Source: Frankiaceae bacterium
GTDB taxonomy: Bacteria > Actinomycetota > Actinomycetes > JADGOV01
NCBI GenBank assembly: GCA_017882785.1
Contig: JADGOV010000004.1
Span: forward strand, 1,521 to 65,520
DNA length: 64,000 bases
Direction: 5' to 3'
Part shown: positions 32,001 to 45,269 of the stretch, in pieces
How the letters are laid out: every line of letters begins with the position of its first letter
Numbering within the stretch: the first letter of the stretch is position 1
The notes under the pieces: model-generated
What the model saw: the letters and a program-made list of their open reading frames with translations, nothing else
The model's database searches: none
What the model was told of the DNA's origin: nothing
Made by a program: the position numbers and the translations under genes

Positions 32001-32906
32001 TCAACCCGAGACGGTCACGACGTTTGGGGCCGAGATGTCATAGACACGCCCCTTTCGCGACAACAACGCGGCAAGCACATGCGCTTTGTCGACCGATCGG
32101 TCGGCGGACCCCCACACCACCCTGCGACCGTCACGAAGATAGAGGGTGACGGCGTTGCCTGTCGCCGCGTTCAGACGTTGGAGATGTGCGCGCAGCTCGG
32201 GGTTGAGTGCCTGCAACACGCTGAGTACGGCCCGAGTGGCCGGATCCGTACGGCTGACCGTGGCCAGCCGGACAATCGGCAACTGGGCGGGGGCTGAGTT
32301 CACTGTGCCGAAAGCCACGCCGTCCCGGTCCACCAAGGAGAAGCCGCCGGGTCGCGGCACGGCCAGGAGCGGCACGCGCTCGCTGACTCGAATCCGAACG
32401 CTGTGCGGAAAGTGCCGGCGGACGTCGACCGCGGCCACCGCGGGCAACGCGGCCACCCGGCGTGCGATCGCACCCGTGTCCAGCCGCGCCAGGGGGACCC
32501 CCGAGGGCACGCGGGCCGCCTGCCGGACCTCCTGGCTGGACACTCGAGAGGTGCCGGTCACACTCACGCCGCGGGCGAGGAAGAGGTGGGAGAACAGGAG
32601 CAGGTAGCCGACACCGACCAAGGTGGCGACCACGAGCGGCAGGGCCAGGCGGAGCGGCACTCGGACGGCCCGCAGACGGACGTGCCGGAGCCAGTCGGCG
32701 GGCACCCGAACGCTGGGCACCCGAACGCTGGGCAGACGAACGCTGGGCAGACGAAAAGCGGGCAGCCCAGAGGGCCACCGCAGCCTGTGACCCCACCGAG
32801 CGGAGGGCGGCCGGCCGGCGGAGTCCGCAGCCTCGCCGGTCGAGGCCGCCTGGTCAGGGATCGGCGCCGCCTGCCCGGCCGGGTCCGGCCGACGTCTCCT
32901 CAGCAC
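32001..32906 (-). CDS. ftsQ: cell division protein FtsQ
   Basis: TM then POTRA (VSVTG...PLARLD...FPHSVRIRVSER), VVWG, YDISAP; between murC and ftsZ. Start uncertain. Confidence 0.92.
   Translation of the reverse strand: MLRRRRPDPAGQAAPIPDQAASTGEAADSAGRPPSARWGHRLRWPSGLPAFRLPSVRLPSVRVPSVRVPADWLRHVRLRAVRVPLRLALPLVVATLVGVGYLLLFSHLFLARGVSVTGTSRVSSQEVRQAARVPSGVPLARLDTGAIARRVAALPAVAAVDVRRHFPHSVRIRVSERVPLLAVPRPGGFSLVDRDGVAFGTVNSAPAQLPIVRLATVSRTDPATRAVLSVLQALNPELRAHLQRLNAATGNAVTLYLRDGRRVVWGSADRSVDKAHVLAALLSRKGRVYDISAPNVVTVSG
32700..32765. repeat. 15-bp in-frame tandem repeat x4 in the ftsQ N-terminus (RLPSV/RVPSV)
   Basis: gggcacccgaacgct x2, gggcagacgaacgct, gggcagacgaaaagc. Confidence 0.85.
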
Positions 32907-33066
32907 GCCGTGCTGCCCGCGGGCGGACGACGGGCGGGACGACGAGCGTGGACACGCGGGGCGCCGGGACGCCGTCTGTGACAGCAGCGCATACCTCGCA
33001 CGGTGCCAGACACCCTCCGCAGCCGGGTTCCGCCACGCCGAGCGGGCTGAACTACCAGGCCTGTTA

Positions 33067-34470
33067 TCAATCCTGCAAGCCTGTCACCGGGGCCGCCTCC
33101 AAGGCGGCGAGCACCTCTCCGCCCAACATCGTGACGTCGCCGGCGCCGATGGTGAGCACGAGATCGCCAGGCCGGGCCAGCGTGGCCACCCGTGCGGCCA
33201 CTGCCAGCCACGAGGGCTCGAAGGCGACCCGCTCCGGCGGCAGGGTCACCTCCGCGGCGACGGTGGCGCCGCTGACGCCGGGGATCGGGTCCTCCCCCGC
33301 CGAGTACACCTCCATCACCACGACCTCGTCCGCGGCAGAGAGGACCCTGCCGAAGTCGGTGGCGAAGCCGGCGGTCCGGCTGTATCGGTGGGGCTGGAAG
33401 ACGGCGATGATCCGACCGTCGCCGACGACCTGGCGCGCGGCCTGAAGCGCGGCCGCGATCTCCGTCGGATGGTGGGCATAGTCGTCTATCACCCTGACCC
33501 CGGCCGAGGTGCCCTTGAGCTCGAAGCGGCGACGAGCACCGGTGAAGCCGGCCAGACCTTCCGCCATCCCGTCGAAGGGCAAACCCAGGCCCAGCCCGGC
33601 CGCCAGGGCCGCCGCGGAGTTCAGCACGTTGTGCTGCCCCGGCACGTTCAGGGTGACCTCGCCCAACTCGGCACCGCGCCAGATCGCCCGGTAGGCGGCG
33701 GTGCCGCGGATCAGCGAGACCTCCTGCAGGCGGAGGTCGCTACCGGAGCTGAGGCCGTAGCGCCGCACGTCACGGCCACCGGCGGCGGCGTCCGCGGCCA
33801 GCCGGGCCGATCCGGGGTCGTCGGCACAGGCCACGAGGAACCCGTCCGGGGCCAGCCGGTCGACGAAGGAGCGGAACGCGGCCTCGACGGCCGGCAGGTC
33901 CGGATAGTGATCGAGGTGGTCGACCTCGACGTTGGTGACCACACCGGCGTACGGCGACAGCAACAAGAACGACCCGTCACTCTCGTCGGCCTCGGCGATG
34001 AAATGCGGCCCGCTGCCGGCGTGCGCGTTGGACCCCGGCTCGGCGAGGTCGCCACCGATGGCGAAGGACGGGTCGAGGCCGCAGTGCTGCAGGAGGACGG
34101 TGAGCATCGAGGTGGTCGTCGTCTTGCCGTGGGTGCCTGCCACCGCGACGCCTCGTGAACCGGCCATGACCGCGGCCAACGCCGCAGCTCTCGGCAGGAT
34201 CCGCAAGCCCCGTCGCCGGCTCTCTACCACCTCGGGATTGGTGTCCCGGATCGCTGTGGAGACCACCACTGTGTCCGCGCCATCGACATGGCCCGCGTCG
34301 TGGCCCACCCAGACCTGGGCACCCAACGCGGCCAGCGCCGCGAGACTGCGGGAGTCCTTGGCATCGCTGCCCGAGACCCGCACGCCGCGGGCCAGCAGGA
34401 TCCTGGCGATGCCGGACATACCCGCCCCGCCTATGCCGACGAAGTGCACCCGCCCCAACTGCACGGTCAC
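33067..34470 (-). CDS. murC: UDP-N-acetylmuramate-L-alanine ligase
   Basis: HFVGIGGAGMSG, GTHGKTTT, EADESD, DDYAHHPTE, FQPHRYSRT. Confidence 0.98.
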   Translation of the reverse strand: MTVQLGRVHFVGIGGAGMSGIARILLARGVRVSGSDAKDSRSLAALAALGAQVWVGHDAGHVDGADTVVVSTAIRDTNPEVVESRRRGLRILPRAAALAAVMAGSRGVAVAGTHGKTTTTSMLTVLLQHCGLDPSFAIGGDLAEPGSNAHAGSGPHFIAEADESDGSFLLLSPYAGVVTNVEVDHLDHYPDLPAVEAAFRSFVDRLAPDGFLVACADDPGSARLAADAAAGGRDVRRYGLSSGSDLRLQEVSLIRGTAAYRAIWRGAELGEVTLNVPGQHNVLNSAAALAAGLGLGLPFDGMAEGLAGFTGARRRFELKGTSAGVRVIDDYAHHPTEIAAALQAARQVVGDGRIIAVFQPHRYSRTAGFATDFGRVLSAADEVVVMEVYSAGEDPIPGVSGATVAAEVTLPPERVAFEPSWLAVAARVATLARPGDLVLTIGAGDVTMLGGEVLAALEAAPVTGLQD

Positions 34471-34483
34471 GCTACGGGCTCAC

Positions 34484-35596
34484 TCATGCCGCAGCCCGCT
34501 CGCCGGCAGCGGCGAGGACCATCCGGGCAAGGACCACGTCGGCGTTGCGACGACCCAGCCCAGCGGCGGCCTTACTCATGGTCGCCAGTGTGACGGTGTC
34601 GGTAACCAGGGGCAGCACCACTCGGGTGATCCAGGTCCCGTCAACGCGCTCGTCGTCGACCAGGAGCGCACCCCCTGCGGTGACGATCGGCATCGCGTTG
34701 AGCCGCTGCTCACCGTTACCGATTGGCAGCGGTACGTAGACGGCGGGCAGGCCGACGGCGGCCAACTCGGCGCAGGTCATCGCGCCGGCCCGGCAGAGCG
34801 CGAGGTCGGTAGCGGCGTAGGCCAGCTCCATCCGGTCGGTATAGGGCAGCAGGACATAGCGGCCACCCTCCGCCGGCCGGCCCACCGCGCCCAGTGCTCC
34901 GGCCACGTCCGCCACCTGGGTGGGGCCAGCCAGATGCAGCACCTGCACCCCGGCCCGGGCGAGCGCCGGTGCGGCGGCCACCATCGCCGTGTTGATGCGC
35001 TGCGCGCCCTGCGAGCCGCCCGTGACCAGGAGAGTCGGTCGCGCCGGGTCCAGGCCGAAGGCGGCGGCCGCCGCGGCACGCAGGGCCGGCCGGTCCAGGG
35101 TGGCGATCGCGTTGCGCAGCGGAATGCCGATGTGTCGGGCGTGCGGGAGCGGGCAGTCGGGCGTGGCCGCGGCGACGTGGCGGGTCAGCCGAGCACCCAG
35201 CCGGTTGGCCAGGCCCGGTCGCGCGTTGGCCTCGTGCAGCACGATCGGGACGCGACGCCAGCGGGCGGCCAGGTAGCCGGGGACAGCGACGTACCCGCCG
35301 AATCCGAGCAGTACGTCCGCGCCGGTGTCGTCGAGGACCCGCGCGGCGGCCGCCACGGCACTGGCGAGGCGGCCGGGCACGGTCAGCAACTCCGTGGTCA
35401 GCCGACGGGGCAGCGGGACCGCGGGCAGCAACTCGAGGGGATAGCCCCGAGCCGGGACCAGCCGGGTCTCCAGCCCGCGCTCGGTGCCCAGCGCGGTGAT
35501 GCCGATGCCGGGAGCCAGCCGGCGCAGGGCGTCGGCGGCCGCCAGGGCCGGCTCGATGTGACCAGCCGTGCCACCACCGGCCAGGACCACGTGCAC
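34484..35596 (-). CDS. murG: lipid II GlcNAc transferase
   Basis: GGGTAGH, GFGGYV, HEAN, GGSQGA, RAGA, EQRLNA. Confidence 0.98.
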   Translation of the reverse strand: MHVVLAGGGTAGHIEPALAAADALRRLAPGIGITALGTERGLETRLVPARGYPLELLPAVPLPRRLTTELLTVPGRLASAVAAAARVLDDTGADVLLGFGGYVAVPGYLAARWRRVPIVLHEANARPGLANRLGARLTRHVAAATPDCPLPHARHIGIPLRNAIATLDRPALRAAAAAAFGLDPARPTLLVTGGSQGAQRINTAMVAAAPALARAGVQVLHLAGPTQVADVAGALGAVGRPAEGGRYVLLPYTDRMELAYAATDLALCRAGAMTCAELAAVGLPAVYVPLPIGNGEQRLNAMPIVTAGGALLVDDERVDGTWITRVVLPLVTDTVTLATMSKAAAGLGRRNADVVLARMVLAAAGERAAA

Positions 35597-35598
35597 GA

Positions 35599-36900
35599 TC
35601 AGCGCCTCCGGCCGCTCGACCGCCGGAGCCGACGCTCGCCGAGCCACCTCGTCTCGACTGTCCGCCGCCGCCCGGGACGCTGACTGGGCCGCCGACCGAC
35701 CCTGCGCAGACGCAGGCGGGTCAACGCCGACGGACCGCGAGCCGCCAGCGCCGCGGCGGCACCGGGCTCACAGCGAGCGAACGCGGCCAGGGCGCCGACG
35801 GCGAACATGCTGGGCACGAGCGCCGAGCCACCGTAGGACACCAACGGCAACGGGATGCCGGTGATCGGCAGCAGGCCCACCACCGCGCCCATGTTGACCA
35901 GCGCCTGAGCGAGCAGCCAGCAGGTGATCGCACCTGCGGCGAGGCGGCAGAACGGGTCACGGTTGCGCCGGGCGGTGCGGATACCGGCGAAACCGAGCAC
36001 GCCGAACAGCGTCAGCACCGCCAGCGTCCCGATGAGGCCGAGCTCCTCGCCGATGATGGCGAAGATGTAGTCGGTGTACTGGTTGGGCAGGTAGGACCAC
36101 TTCTGCCGACTGGCGCCGAGGCCGAGGCCCCACCAGCCGCCGGACGCGAGCGTCATCAACCCTTGTGAAGCCTGGTATCCGGCCCCGAGGGAGTCCGACC
36201 AGGGATCCCAGAAGTGCGCGAAGCGGCGCAGCCGGTAGGGCTCCGCCGCGATGAGTGTCGCGACGACCGCGCCGACGGCCGCGCTGAGGACGCCGAACAG
36301 TCGAGCCGGTGCACCGACGATCCACAGCAGACCGAGGGTGATCGCGAGCAGCACGAGAGTCGTTCCCATGTCGGGTTGGATCATCACCAGCCCGGCGAGC
36401 ACGGCGACCATCGGCAGCAACGGCACGAGCAGGTGCCGCCACCGTCCCAGCAGCCGATCTTTGCGGCAGAGCAGGTCGGCTCCCCACAGCGCGAGGGCCA
36501 GCTTGGCCGGCTCGCTGGGCTGGATCTGGATCAGCCCGAGATCGATCCACCGGGTGGCCCCGTAGGCCGACGATCCAATCACCGGCACCAGCGCGAGCAG
36601 CGCGAGCGACACCACCAGCAGCGGGTAGCCGAGCCAGCGGTAGATCCGCACCGGCAGGCGGATCGCGACCATCATCGCCGGCACGCCGAGCAGGACGCCG
36701 ATGCCCTGCCGGTAGAAGTAGTAGAACGACGAGCCGGTACGGGCATAGGCCGTGACGCTCGACGCGGACAACACCATGACCAGCCCGATGACGGTCAGCA
36801 GTGCCGCGCTGCCGAGAATGAGGTAGTAGGAGGTGAGTGGACGCGCCAGCACCGGCTGGCGGGCCGCCCGGACCGATGTGGCGGTCGTCGCGGCGGTCAC
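35599..36900 (-). CDS. ftsW: SEDS protein FtsW
   Basis: [46 protein letters not shown]. Confidence 0.97.
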   Translation of the reverse strand: MTAATTATSVRAARQPVLARPLTSYYLILGSAALLTVIGLVMVLSASSVTAYARTGSSFYYFYRQGIGVLLGVPAMMVAIRLPVRIYRWLGYPLLVVSLALLALVPVIGSSAYGATRWIDLGLIQIQPSEPAKLALALWGADLLCRKDRLLGRWRHLLVPLLPMVAVLAGLVMIQPDMGTTLVLLAITLGLLWIVGAPARLFGVLSAAVGAVVATLIAAEPYRLRRFAHFWDPWSDSLGAGYQASQGLMTLASGGWWGLGLGASRQKWSYLPNQYTDYIFAIIGEELGLIGTLAVLTLFGVLGFAGIRTARRNRDPFCRLAAGAITCWLLAQALVNMGAVVGLLPITGIPLPLVSYGGSALVPSMFAVGALAAFARCEPGAAAALAARGPSALTRLRLRRVGRRPSQRPGRRRTVETRWLGERRLRRSSGRRR

Positions 36901-38540
36901 CGGCCCGCTCCCGGCAGCCGCCGGACCGCCGCCGCGAACTCGTCGCCGCGGGCCGCGTAGTCGCGGAACTGGTCCATCGACGCCGCGGCCGGAGCCAACA
37001 GCACGGTGTCCCCCGGGTCGGCCAGAACGGCCGCGGCGGCCACCGCGGCGCTCATCACCCCCGCCGCGCCCGTCCCGGTGACGGCGGCCCGGACCGCTCG
37101 ATCACCACCCGCCTGGCTGGACCGGGCGGGTGCGCCGGGCGGGGCGGGGGGGACAGTCGCGGACACCTCCCCAGTCTCGGTGACCGCGACCTCAACGACC
37201 GGCACGTTCGGGGCGTGTCGCGCCAACGCCTGCCGGATCGCGGCGCGGTCCGCGCCGAGAAGCACCGCGGCCCGCATCCGCACAGCCGTCGCGCTTACCA
37301 GCGGGGCGACGTCAGCGCCCTTGAGCAGCCCGCCGGCGATCCAGACCACCCGGTCATAGGCTGCGAGACTGGCCGCCGCGGCGTGCGGATTGGTCGCCTT
37401 CGAGTCGTCCACGAAGCTGACACCGGACACCACGGCAACCGGCGCGTTCCGGTGGCCGTCCGGGGTGAAGCCGCGCAACCCGACCCGAACGGCCGCCGGC
37501 GGCACGCCGTAGGCGCGGGCCAGAGCGGCGGCAGCCAGCGCGTTGGCCACGTTGTGTCCGCCCGCGGGTCCGACGTCGTCCACACCGGCGACGACCGTGT
37601 CGGTGTCGGTGTCGGTGCCTGCGTCGGGTTGGAAGGCCCGGTCCACCAGTTGCCCGTCGGCCACGCCGAACTGCCCGCGCCCCGGTACGCCCAGCGTGAA
37701 GGACACCCTGCGCTGCGCGTAGGCAGCCCGCAGGAGCACCGCCGTCAGCTCGTCATCGGCGTTACCCACCGCGACCGGGATCCGCGGCTGCGGGCAGTAC
37801 GCTAGGCGCGCCCGTACCGACCAGCCCCCCTCGCTCCGGTGCACCTCGCCGCCGTTGACGGGATCCCGCCAGATCCGGTGCTTGTCGCTGGCGTAGGCCT
37901 CGAACGACCCGTGCCAGTCCAGGTGGTCCTGCGCGACGTTGAGGATGGCGGCGGCCGCCGGGCGTATCGAGTGGGTCCAGTGCAGCTGGAAGCTGGACAG
38001 CTCGACGGCCAGGACGTCGTACGCTGGCTCGGCGAGCACCGCCTCGACCAGCGGCCGGCCGACGTTGCCGGCGGCGGCCGCGCGCCGGCCGGCGGCGGTG
38101 AGCATCGCGGCCAGCATCCGGACCGTCGTCGTCTTGCCGTTGGTCCCGGTCAGCGCCAGCCAGGGCGCGGCGTTCGGCGGGCGCAGCCGCCAGGCCAGCT
38201 CCACCTCGCCGTATACCGGGATCTGGCTATCGGCGGCGGCGAGGAGCAGTCGGTGGCCCGGTGGCCAGCCCGGCGAAGTGATCACCACCTCGGTGCCGGC
38301 GGGGGGCCGCCCGAGCGCGCCATCGCCGAGTGAGACGGCCGCCCCGAGAGCGCGCAACGTGGCGGCCCGTTCCTCCTGTACCGCCCCGGCCTGGGCATCG
38401 ACCACGGTCACGGCCGCACCCAGCCCCAGCAAGGCGGTGGCGGCGGCGGCGCCGGAGAGGCCAAGCCCGGTCACGAGGACCTTCCGGTCCGCCCACCCAG
38501 CCCGCCCCTCGGCTGCGCCGGCGGCACCGGTGGCGGTCAC
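36897..38540 (-). CDS. murD: UDP-MurNAc-Ala-D-Glu ligase
   Basis: [39 protein letters not shown]. Confidence 0.97.
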   Translation of the reverse strand: MTATGAAGAAEGRAGWADRKVLVTGLGLSGAAAATALLGLGAAVTVVDAQAGAVQEERAATLRALGAAVSLGDGALGRPPAGTEVVITSPGWPPGHRLLLAAADSQIPVYGEVELAWRLRPPNAAPWLALTGTNGKTTTVRMLAAMLTAAGRRAAAAGNVGRPLVEAVLAEPAYDVLAVELSSFQLHWTHSIRPAAAAILNVAQDHLDWHGSFEAYASDKHRIWRDPVNGGEVHRSEGGWSVRARLAYCPQPRIPVAVGNADDELTAVLLRAAYAQRRVSFTLGVPGRGQFGVADGQLVDRAFQPDAGTDTDTDTVVAGVDDVGPAGGHNVANALAAAALARAYGVPPAAVRVGLRGFTPDGHRNAPVAVVSGVSFVDDSKATNPHAAAASLAAYDRVVWIAGGLLKGADVAPLVSATAVRMRAAVLLGADRAAIRQALARHAPNVPVVEVAVTETGEVSATVPPAPPGAPARSSQAGGDRAVRAAVTGTGAAGVMSAAVAAAAVLADPGDTVLLAPAAASMDQFRDYAARGDEFAAAVRRLPGAGR

Positions 38541-39601
38541 AGCAGGCTGCCACGGGCGACGAAGTCGGCGTAGAACACGCCGAGACCGAAGGCCACCGCG
38601 AGTCCCGCAATGATCCAGAACCGAATGACGATCGTGACCTCGGCCCAGCCGGAAAGCTCGAAGTGATGTTGCAGCGGCGCCATCTTGAAGACCCGCCGAC
38701 CGCTGACCTTGTAGGCCGCCACCTGGATGATCACTGAAAGCGTGATGACCACGAAGAGGCCGCCGAACAGGATGAGCAGCAACTGGGTACGGGTGCAGAT
38801 GGCCAGCCCGGCCAACGCGCCGCCGAGGCTCAGCGAGCCGGTGTCACCCATGAAGATCCGCGCCGGCGGAGCGTTCCACCACAGGAAACCGAAGCAGGCG
38901 CCCATCGCCGCCGCAGCGACGATGGCCAGGTCGAGTGGATCCCGCACCTGGTAGCAGTTGGGGTTCACCCCTGTGCAGGCGTTGCCGAACTCCCAGAAGG
39001 CGACGACGACGTAGGCCCCGAAGACCATCACGCAGGCCCCGGTGGCCAGCCCGTCCAACCCGTCGGTGAGGTTCACCCCGTTGGACGCGCCGGAAACGAT
39101 GATGTAGGCGATGAGCACGAACCCGACCGGGCTCAGGGAGATCGCCGAGTCCCGGACGAAGGAGAGATGGGTGGACCCCGGCGTCAGTCCGCTGCCGTTC
39201 GGGAACCGCAGCGCCAGGACGGCGAAGACCAGCCCGATGCCGAGCTGGCCGACCAGCTTCGCCCGGGCGGACAGGCCCAGGCTGCGCTGCTTGCGCACCT
39301 TGATGTAGTCATCAGCGAAACCGACCAGGCCCATACCGGTCATGAGGAACAGCACGAGCAGGCCGCTGGCGGTGAACTGGTAGGGCGCGAACAGGTGGGC
39401 CGCGGCGTACCCCAGCAGCGTCGCGGCCAGGATCACCGTCCCGCCCATGGTCGGTGTGCCCCGCTTGATGTGGTGGGTGGTAGGGCCGTCATCGCGGATC
39501 AGCTGACCGTAGCCGCGCTCGCGGAGCAGCCGGATTGTCGCCGGCGTGCCCAGTAACGACACGACCAGCGAGACCAGCGCGGCGACGAGGACGTGGGTCA
39601 C
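38537..39601 (-). CDS. mraY: phospho-MurNAc-pentapeptide transferase
   Basis: [36 protein letters not shown]. Confidence 0.98.
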   Translation of the reverse strand: MTHVLVAALVSLVVSLLGTPATIRLLRERGYGQLIRDDGPTTHHIKRGTPTMGGTVILAATLLGYAAAHLFAPYQFTASGLLVLFLMTGMGLVGFADDYIKVRKQRSLGLSARAKLVGQLGIGLVFAVLALRFPNGSGLTPGSTHLSFVRDSAISLSPVGFVLIAYIIVSGASNGVNLTDGLDGLATGACVMVFGAYVVVAFWEFGNACTGVNPNCYQVRDPLDLAIVAAAAMGACFGFLWWNAPPARIFMGDTGSLSLGGALAGLAICTRTQLLLILFGGLFVVITLSVIIQVAAYKVSGRRVFKMAPLQHHFELSGWAEVTIVIRFWIIAGLAVAFGLGVFYADFVARGSLL

Positions 39602-40986
39602 GACGCCCCTTCGAGCAGGGCGGCGGCGATGCGTTCCAGGCCGGCGGCCCGCGATGCCTTGACCAGGACGACGTCCCCGGGGGCCACGGCGGCCCGCAGC
39701 AACTCCGCCGCGGCGGGCACGTCGGCCACGGCGAGCGCGACTCCGCCCGCCGACTCCACGGCCTCCGCGATCGGGCGCGCGGGTTCGCCGACAGCGAGCA
39801 CGCGGTCGATCCCCAGCGCGACGGCGATCCGGCCTACCTCGGCGTGCGCGGCGGGCGCAGCCGCTCCGAGTTCGGCCATCGGGCCGAGGACGGCCCAGGA
39901 TCGGCGGGATGTGCCGGACGGTGGGCAGGCCATCGCGATCAGCGCCTCGAGTGCGGCGCGCATGGACTCCGGGTTGGCGTTGTAGGCGTCATTGACCACA
40001 CGCACCCCCTCGGGGGTATCGCTGACCTCCATCCGCCAGCGGCTGACCGCCTTCGCCGCACCGAGCGCAGCCGCCACCTCCGGCAGTCCCAGACCCAGCT
40101 CGAGGGCCACCGCGGCGGCGGCCAGCGCGTTTCCCACGTGGTGGGCACCGTGCAGGCGCAGCTGGACGGGTGCCGACCCCGCCCCGATGACCAGCCGGAA
40201 GCCCGGGCGGCCTGCGGAGTCGAGCCGGACGTCGCGCCCGGCCACGTCCACCCCGGGGCCGGTACCCACGGTGCGCACGGCGGCGGCGGTCCGGGTGGCC
40301 ATCGCGGCCACCACCGGGTCGTCGGCGTTGAGCACGGCCAGCCCGCCGGGCCCCAGCGCCTCGACGAGCTCGCCCTTGGCTCGTGCGGTGTTCTGGCGGC
40401 TGCCGAAGACGCCCACGTGCGCGGTCCCGACGTTGAGGACGATGCCGATCCGCGGCGGGGCGACGGCGCACAGCGCCGCGATGTGTCCGACGCCGCGGGC
40501 GCTGTATTCCAGCACGAGATGCCGGGTCGTCGGCTGTGCCCGGAGTACCGTCAGCGGCAGTCCGAGCTCGTTGTTCCAGCTCCCGGCGGGCGCCACCGTC
40601 GGTCCGATCCCGGCCAGCAGAACAGCCAGCATGTCCTTGGTGCTGGTCTTACCCGAGGACCCGGTCACGCCGATGACCGCCGCCGAAGGGAGCTGATCCA
40701 GCACGGCCCTGGCCAGCCGTCCGAGGGCCGATACGACCTCGGGGACCACGACGGTCGGCACGCCCAGCGGCCGATCGGCGAGCACGCCGACAGCGCCGGC
40801 GGCGACGGCCGCCGCCGCGAACTCCGCCCCGTCGACGTGCTCCCCCCGCAGGGCGACGAACAGGGCGCCCGGCTCGACAGTGCGGGAGTCGATGGCTGGC
40901 GCGGCGGTGACCCGGGCGTACGCCGGGGCGTCGTGCAGCCGGCCGCCGGTGGCCGCGGCCACCTCGGCCAACGTCAGTGGGATCAC
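39598..40986 (-). CDS. murF: UDP-MurNAc-tripeptide D-Ala-D-Ala ligase
   Basis: [32 protein letters not shown]. Confidence 0.97.
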   Translation of the reverse strand: MIPLTLAEVAAATGGRLHDAPAYARVTAAPAIDSRTVEPGALFVALRGEHVDGAEFAAAAVAAGAVGVLADRPLGVPTVVVPEVVSALGRLARAVLDQLPSAAVIGVTGSSGKTSTKDMLAVLLAGIGPTVAPAGSWNNELGLPLTVLRAQPTTRHLVLEYSARGVGHIAALCAVAPPRIGIVLNVGTAHVGVFGSRQNTARAKGELVEALGPGGLAVLNADDPVVAAMATRTAAAVRTVGTGPGVDVAGRDVRLDSAGRPGFRLVIGAGSAPVQLRLHGAHHVGNALAAAAVALELGLGLPEVAAALGAAKAVSRWRMEVSDTPEGVRVVNDAYNANPESMRAALEALIAMACPPSGTSRRSWAVLGPMAELGAAAPAAHAEVGRIAVALGIDRVLAVGEPARPIAEAVESAGGVALAVADVPAAAELLRAAVAPGDVVLVKASRAAGLERIAAALLEGAS

Positions 40987-42623
40987 GCCTTCGACCAACC
41001 CCCGAGCCGGCGCAGGCTCTCGGCCAGCACGAACCGATCGTCGAAGGGCAGCAGGGACTCGCCGACCTGCTGCCCCTGCTCGTGGCCCTTGCCCGCCACG
41101 ACCACGGTGTCCCCGGCGCTGGCCAGGCCGACCGCCGTCGCGATGGCCGCAGCCCGGTCCGGCTCGAAAACCAGCCGGGCGCGGTGCGCAACCGGTATCC
41201 GCTCGGCCCCGGCGGCCATCGCGTCGAGGATGCGATGCGGGTCTTCCGATCGGGGATTGTCGCTGGTGAGGACGGCGACGTCAGCGCCCTCGGCGACGGC
41301 CGCGCCCATCAGCGGCCGCTTGCCGCGGTCGCGGTCACCTCCGCAGCCGAGCACCGCCAGCAGGTGGCCGCGGGTCACCTCACGCAATGCGCCGAGCAGG
41401 GTCGCCACCGCCCGCGGGGTGTGCGCGTAGTCCACCACGGCAAGGAAGGGCTGTCCGATGTCCACCCGTTCCATCCGGCCCGGCACCGAGCGAAGCTCGC
41501 CGATGCCGGCGGCGGCCTCCTCCGCGGTGACCCCGGCCTGCAGCAGGGCGACGTAGGCGGCGATCGCGTTGTCGACGTTGAAGCCGCCGGGCAGTCGCAC
41601 GAGGAGTTCTGCACCGATGCCACCGGGCCCGATCAGAGTGGCCGTGCTCCCGGCAGCGCCCACACCGACCGATTCGGCCCGCCAGTCCGCCTCCGGGCGG
41701 CCACTCGGGGAGACCGTGACCACCGGGACCGATGCTGTTGCGGCCAGCCGCCTGCCGAAGTCGTCGTCGATGTCGACGACCGCCCGGACGGCGTGCGCCG
41801 GGGTGAACAGCCGGGCCTTCGCGGCGAAGTAGTCCGCCATGTCGGCGTGGAAGTCCAGGTGATCCTGGGAAAGATTGGTGAAGACCGCGACGTCGACGAC
41901 GGTGCCGTCGACGCGGCCCAAGGCCAGCGCGTGGCTGGACACCTCCATCGCGGCTGCGTCAACGCCGCTGTCCACCATCGTGGCGAACAGCGCCTGCAGG
42001 TCCGGTGCCTCCGGGGTGGTCCGCTCACTGGGCACGCTGCGCCCCGCGATCCGGGTCTCAATGGTACCGATCAGGCCGGTGACGTGGCCGGCTGCGCGCA
42101 GACCGGCCTCCACGAGATACGCGGTGGTGGTCTTGCCGTTGGTACCGGTAACACCGACGAGCAGCAGACTGTCGGCGGGTGAGCCGTAGGCCCAGCGCGC
42201 CACCGTGCCAAGCACAGCACGGACATCCGGGACGACGACAACCGGTACGCCGGCGGCCAGCGCGTCCGCCTTGCCGGCCGGGTCGGTGAGCACCGCCACG
42301 GCGCCGTCGGCCACCGCCGCGGCGCTGAAGGCCGCGCCATGCGCCCGCGACCCGGGCAGGGCGGCGTAGAGGTAGCCGGGTCGAACGCGACGGGAGTCGT
42401 GCGTCAGTCCGCTGACGGTGACCTCACTCAGCGGCACTCCCGCAACGGCCACCCGAGGCTCGCTCGGCACCGCGCCTGCTGTCGGCTCCCCCGCCCCCAG
42501 CAGGGCGACCAGTTCCGACACCCGGCGTGGTGCCACCCCAGACGGGGGCGGCGGGCCGGCTGCCGGCACGGGAGGGGACACGGGCGACCACGTTAGCGGC
42601 CGAGGAACAGGTGTCGGCGACAC
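40983..42623 (-). CDS. murE: UDP-MurNAc-dipeptide diaminopimelate ligase
   Basis: [35 protein letters not shown] (DAP-type DNPR), GKGHE. Confidence 0.97.
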   Translation of the reverse strand: MSPTPVPRPLTWSPVSPPVPAAGPPPPSGVAPRRVSELVALLGAGEPTAGAVPSEPRVAVAGVPLSEVTVSGLTHDSRRVRPGYLYAALPGSRAHGAAFSAAAVADGAVAVLTDPAGKADALAAGVPVVVVPDVRAVLGTVARWAYGSPADSLLLVGVTGTNGKTTTAYLVEAGLRAAGHVTGLIGTIETRIAGRSVPSERTTPEAPDLQALFATMVDSGVDAAAMEVSSHALALGRVDGTVVDVAVFTNLSQDHLDFHADMADYFAAKARLFTPAHAVRAVVDIDDDFGRRLAATASVPVVTVSPSGRPEADWRAESVGVGAAGSTATLIGPGGIGAELLVRLPGGFNVDNAIAAYVALLQAGVTAEEAAAGIGELRSVPGRMERVDIGQPFLAVVDYAHTPRAVATLLGALREVTRGHLLAVLGCGGDRDRGKRPLMGAAVAEGADVAVLTSDNPRSEDPHRILDAMAAGAERIPVAHRARLVFEPDRAAAIATAVGLASAGDTVVVAGKGHEQGQQVGESLLPFDDRFVLAESLRRLGGWSKA

Positions 42624-42627
42624 CTGC

Positions 42628-44567
42628 TCACGGCGCGAGCAACCGGACGGTTGGCGGTGTCGTCCCCGTCGGCGCAATGGCTTCCGACTTCAGGGCAAAG
42701 GACATGATCCGGTGAAAGACCGGGGCGGCCAAGTGCCCGCCGAAGTGGCCGTTGACGGGCCTCTGGAGAACCACAGAGACGAGCAACTGGGGGTTGTCGG
42801 CCGGGGCGAAGCCGACGAAGGAGGCTGTGTAGCCACCTCCCCGGTAGCAGTGGCATCTCGGGTTCGGAATCTGGGCGGTGCCGGTCTTGCCAGCGACGCG
42901 GTAGCCGGCGATGCGGGCCGCGGGTGCGGTGCCCTCATCGCTGGTGACCGCCTCCAGCATGTCCCGCACCTGCAGGGCCACTCCGGCGTCGATCACCCTG
43001 CGCGGAGCGGGTTGGGCCCGCGGGGTGGCCTTCCCGTCCGCCGACACGGTGGCCTTGATCAGCGTCGGCGCCACCCGGATCCCGCCGTTGGCCACCGTCG
43101 CGTACACCGAGGCCATCTGCAGCGCGGTCACCCCGATGCCCTGGCCGAAGGCGATGGTGTGCTCCTGGGAGCCGCTCCACTGCTGTGGCGGGGGCAGGAT
43201 GCCGCGGGATTCCCCGGGGATGCCGACGCCGGTGTCGGCCCCGAAACCGAAGGCGCGAAGAAAGTCATACAGCCGGTTCTTGCCCAGCCGTTCGCCGATC
43301 TGGATCGTGCCGACGTTGCTGGATTTGGCAAGCACGCCCGCGGTGGTCAACCGCTCCACCCTGTGCACTTCGGCGTCGTGAAAGGTGCGGTCGCCGACAT
43401 GGAGCTCCCAGGGCACCCTGAACGGGGTGTCGGGGGTCACCCTGCGGTCCTGCAAGGCACCGGCCACGGTGATCACCTTGTTGACGCTGCCCGGCTCGTA
43501 GGTCTCGGCCACGGCCGGGTTGCCGCTGACCGCCATCGCAGGTCGGACCGGTGCGTTCGGATCGAAGGTCGGGGCGGTGGCGACGGCCAGCAACTCGCCG
43601 GTCCTGATGTCCTGCACGATGGCGGTGCCGCCCTTCGCCTTCACCGCCTTGACCTGGGCAGCGATGGCCTCCTGGGCGGCCCACTGGATGTCCCGGTCCA
43701 GAGTGAGCTGCACGGTCGAACCGGGCACCGGTGCCTGCCCAGCGTGCTCGCCAGCGGGAATCTCCCGCCCACCCGCGCCGAACTCCGCGGTCACCTTGCC
43801 GTCTCGGCCGGCGAGGAGGCGGTTGGCGCTCAACTCCAGGCCGGCACCGCCGGTGGCCGGACCGGTGGTCTGGACGGTCGGGGGGAAGCCAAGGAGTGTG
43901 GCGGCCAGGCCGCCGCCCGGGTAGAAGCGGCGACTCTGAATCTGCGTGCCTATGCCCGTCAGACCATTGGCACGCAGCACCTGCAGTGTGCGCTGGGCGA
44001 CCCCGGGGTCGATGCCACGGGCCAGGATGGCGTAGCGGGTGTCGGTCCGGGTGAGCTGGGACAGCAGATCCGACTGCGGCACGTTGAGCAGCGGGGACAG
44101 GGCCTGGGCCAGGGGCAGCGCCGTGCGTGGCGGGATCTCTGTGGGATCGGCGAAGACCGTGCGGGTTTCGACGCTGAGCGCGAGCGGGTTGCCGTTGCGG
44201 TCCACGATCGCCCCGCGGCTGGCCGGCAGCGTTCGGGCCTGCCGGCGCTGCAGTTCCGCGCGCTGGGCATAGGCGGCACCGTCCAGGCCCTGCAGCTGCA
44301 CCAGTCGGACGCCGAGAACGGCCAACAACAACACCAGCACGGAGAACACCACCTGCAGGCGACGCGCCGGCCGCGCGGAACGCCGAGGGCCGCGCGGCGG
44401 CGCGGAGCCAGGCCCGGATCCGCTGCCCGAGCCGGCACCCCAGCCCGGGCGGTGGGCCGGGCGTGGCGAGGCCCGGTGCGGCGGGTAGGAGCGGCCCCCG
44501 GCGGTTCCGCCGGAACGGCTGCCCATGCCGCGCGGGCCCGGCCGGGTTGGGACGTCCCGCGATCGCG

Positions 44568-44571
<4 letters not shown>
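42628..44571 (-). CDS. ftsI: class B penicillin-binding protein FtsI
   Basis: RGAIVDRNG, EPGSVNK (SxxK), SSN, KTGTA. Confidence 0.96.

Positions 44572-45265
<694 letters not shown>

Positions 45266-45269
<4 letters not shown>

Noticed and set aside
37780..37870. Insertion in MurD as an intein or mobile insert
   Set aside because: Only ~25 aa, in frame, with no intein terminal motifs or flanking repeats.
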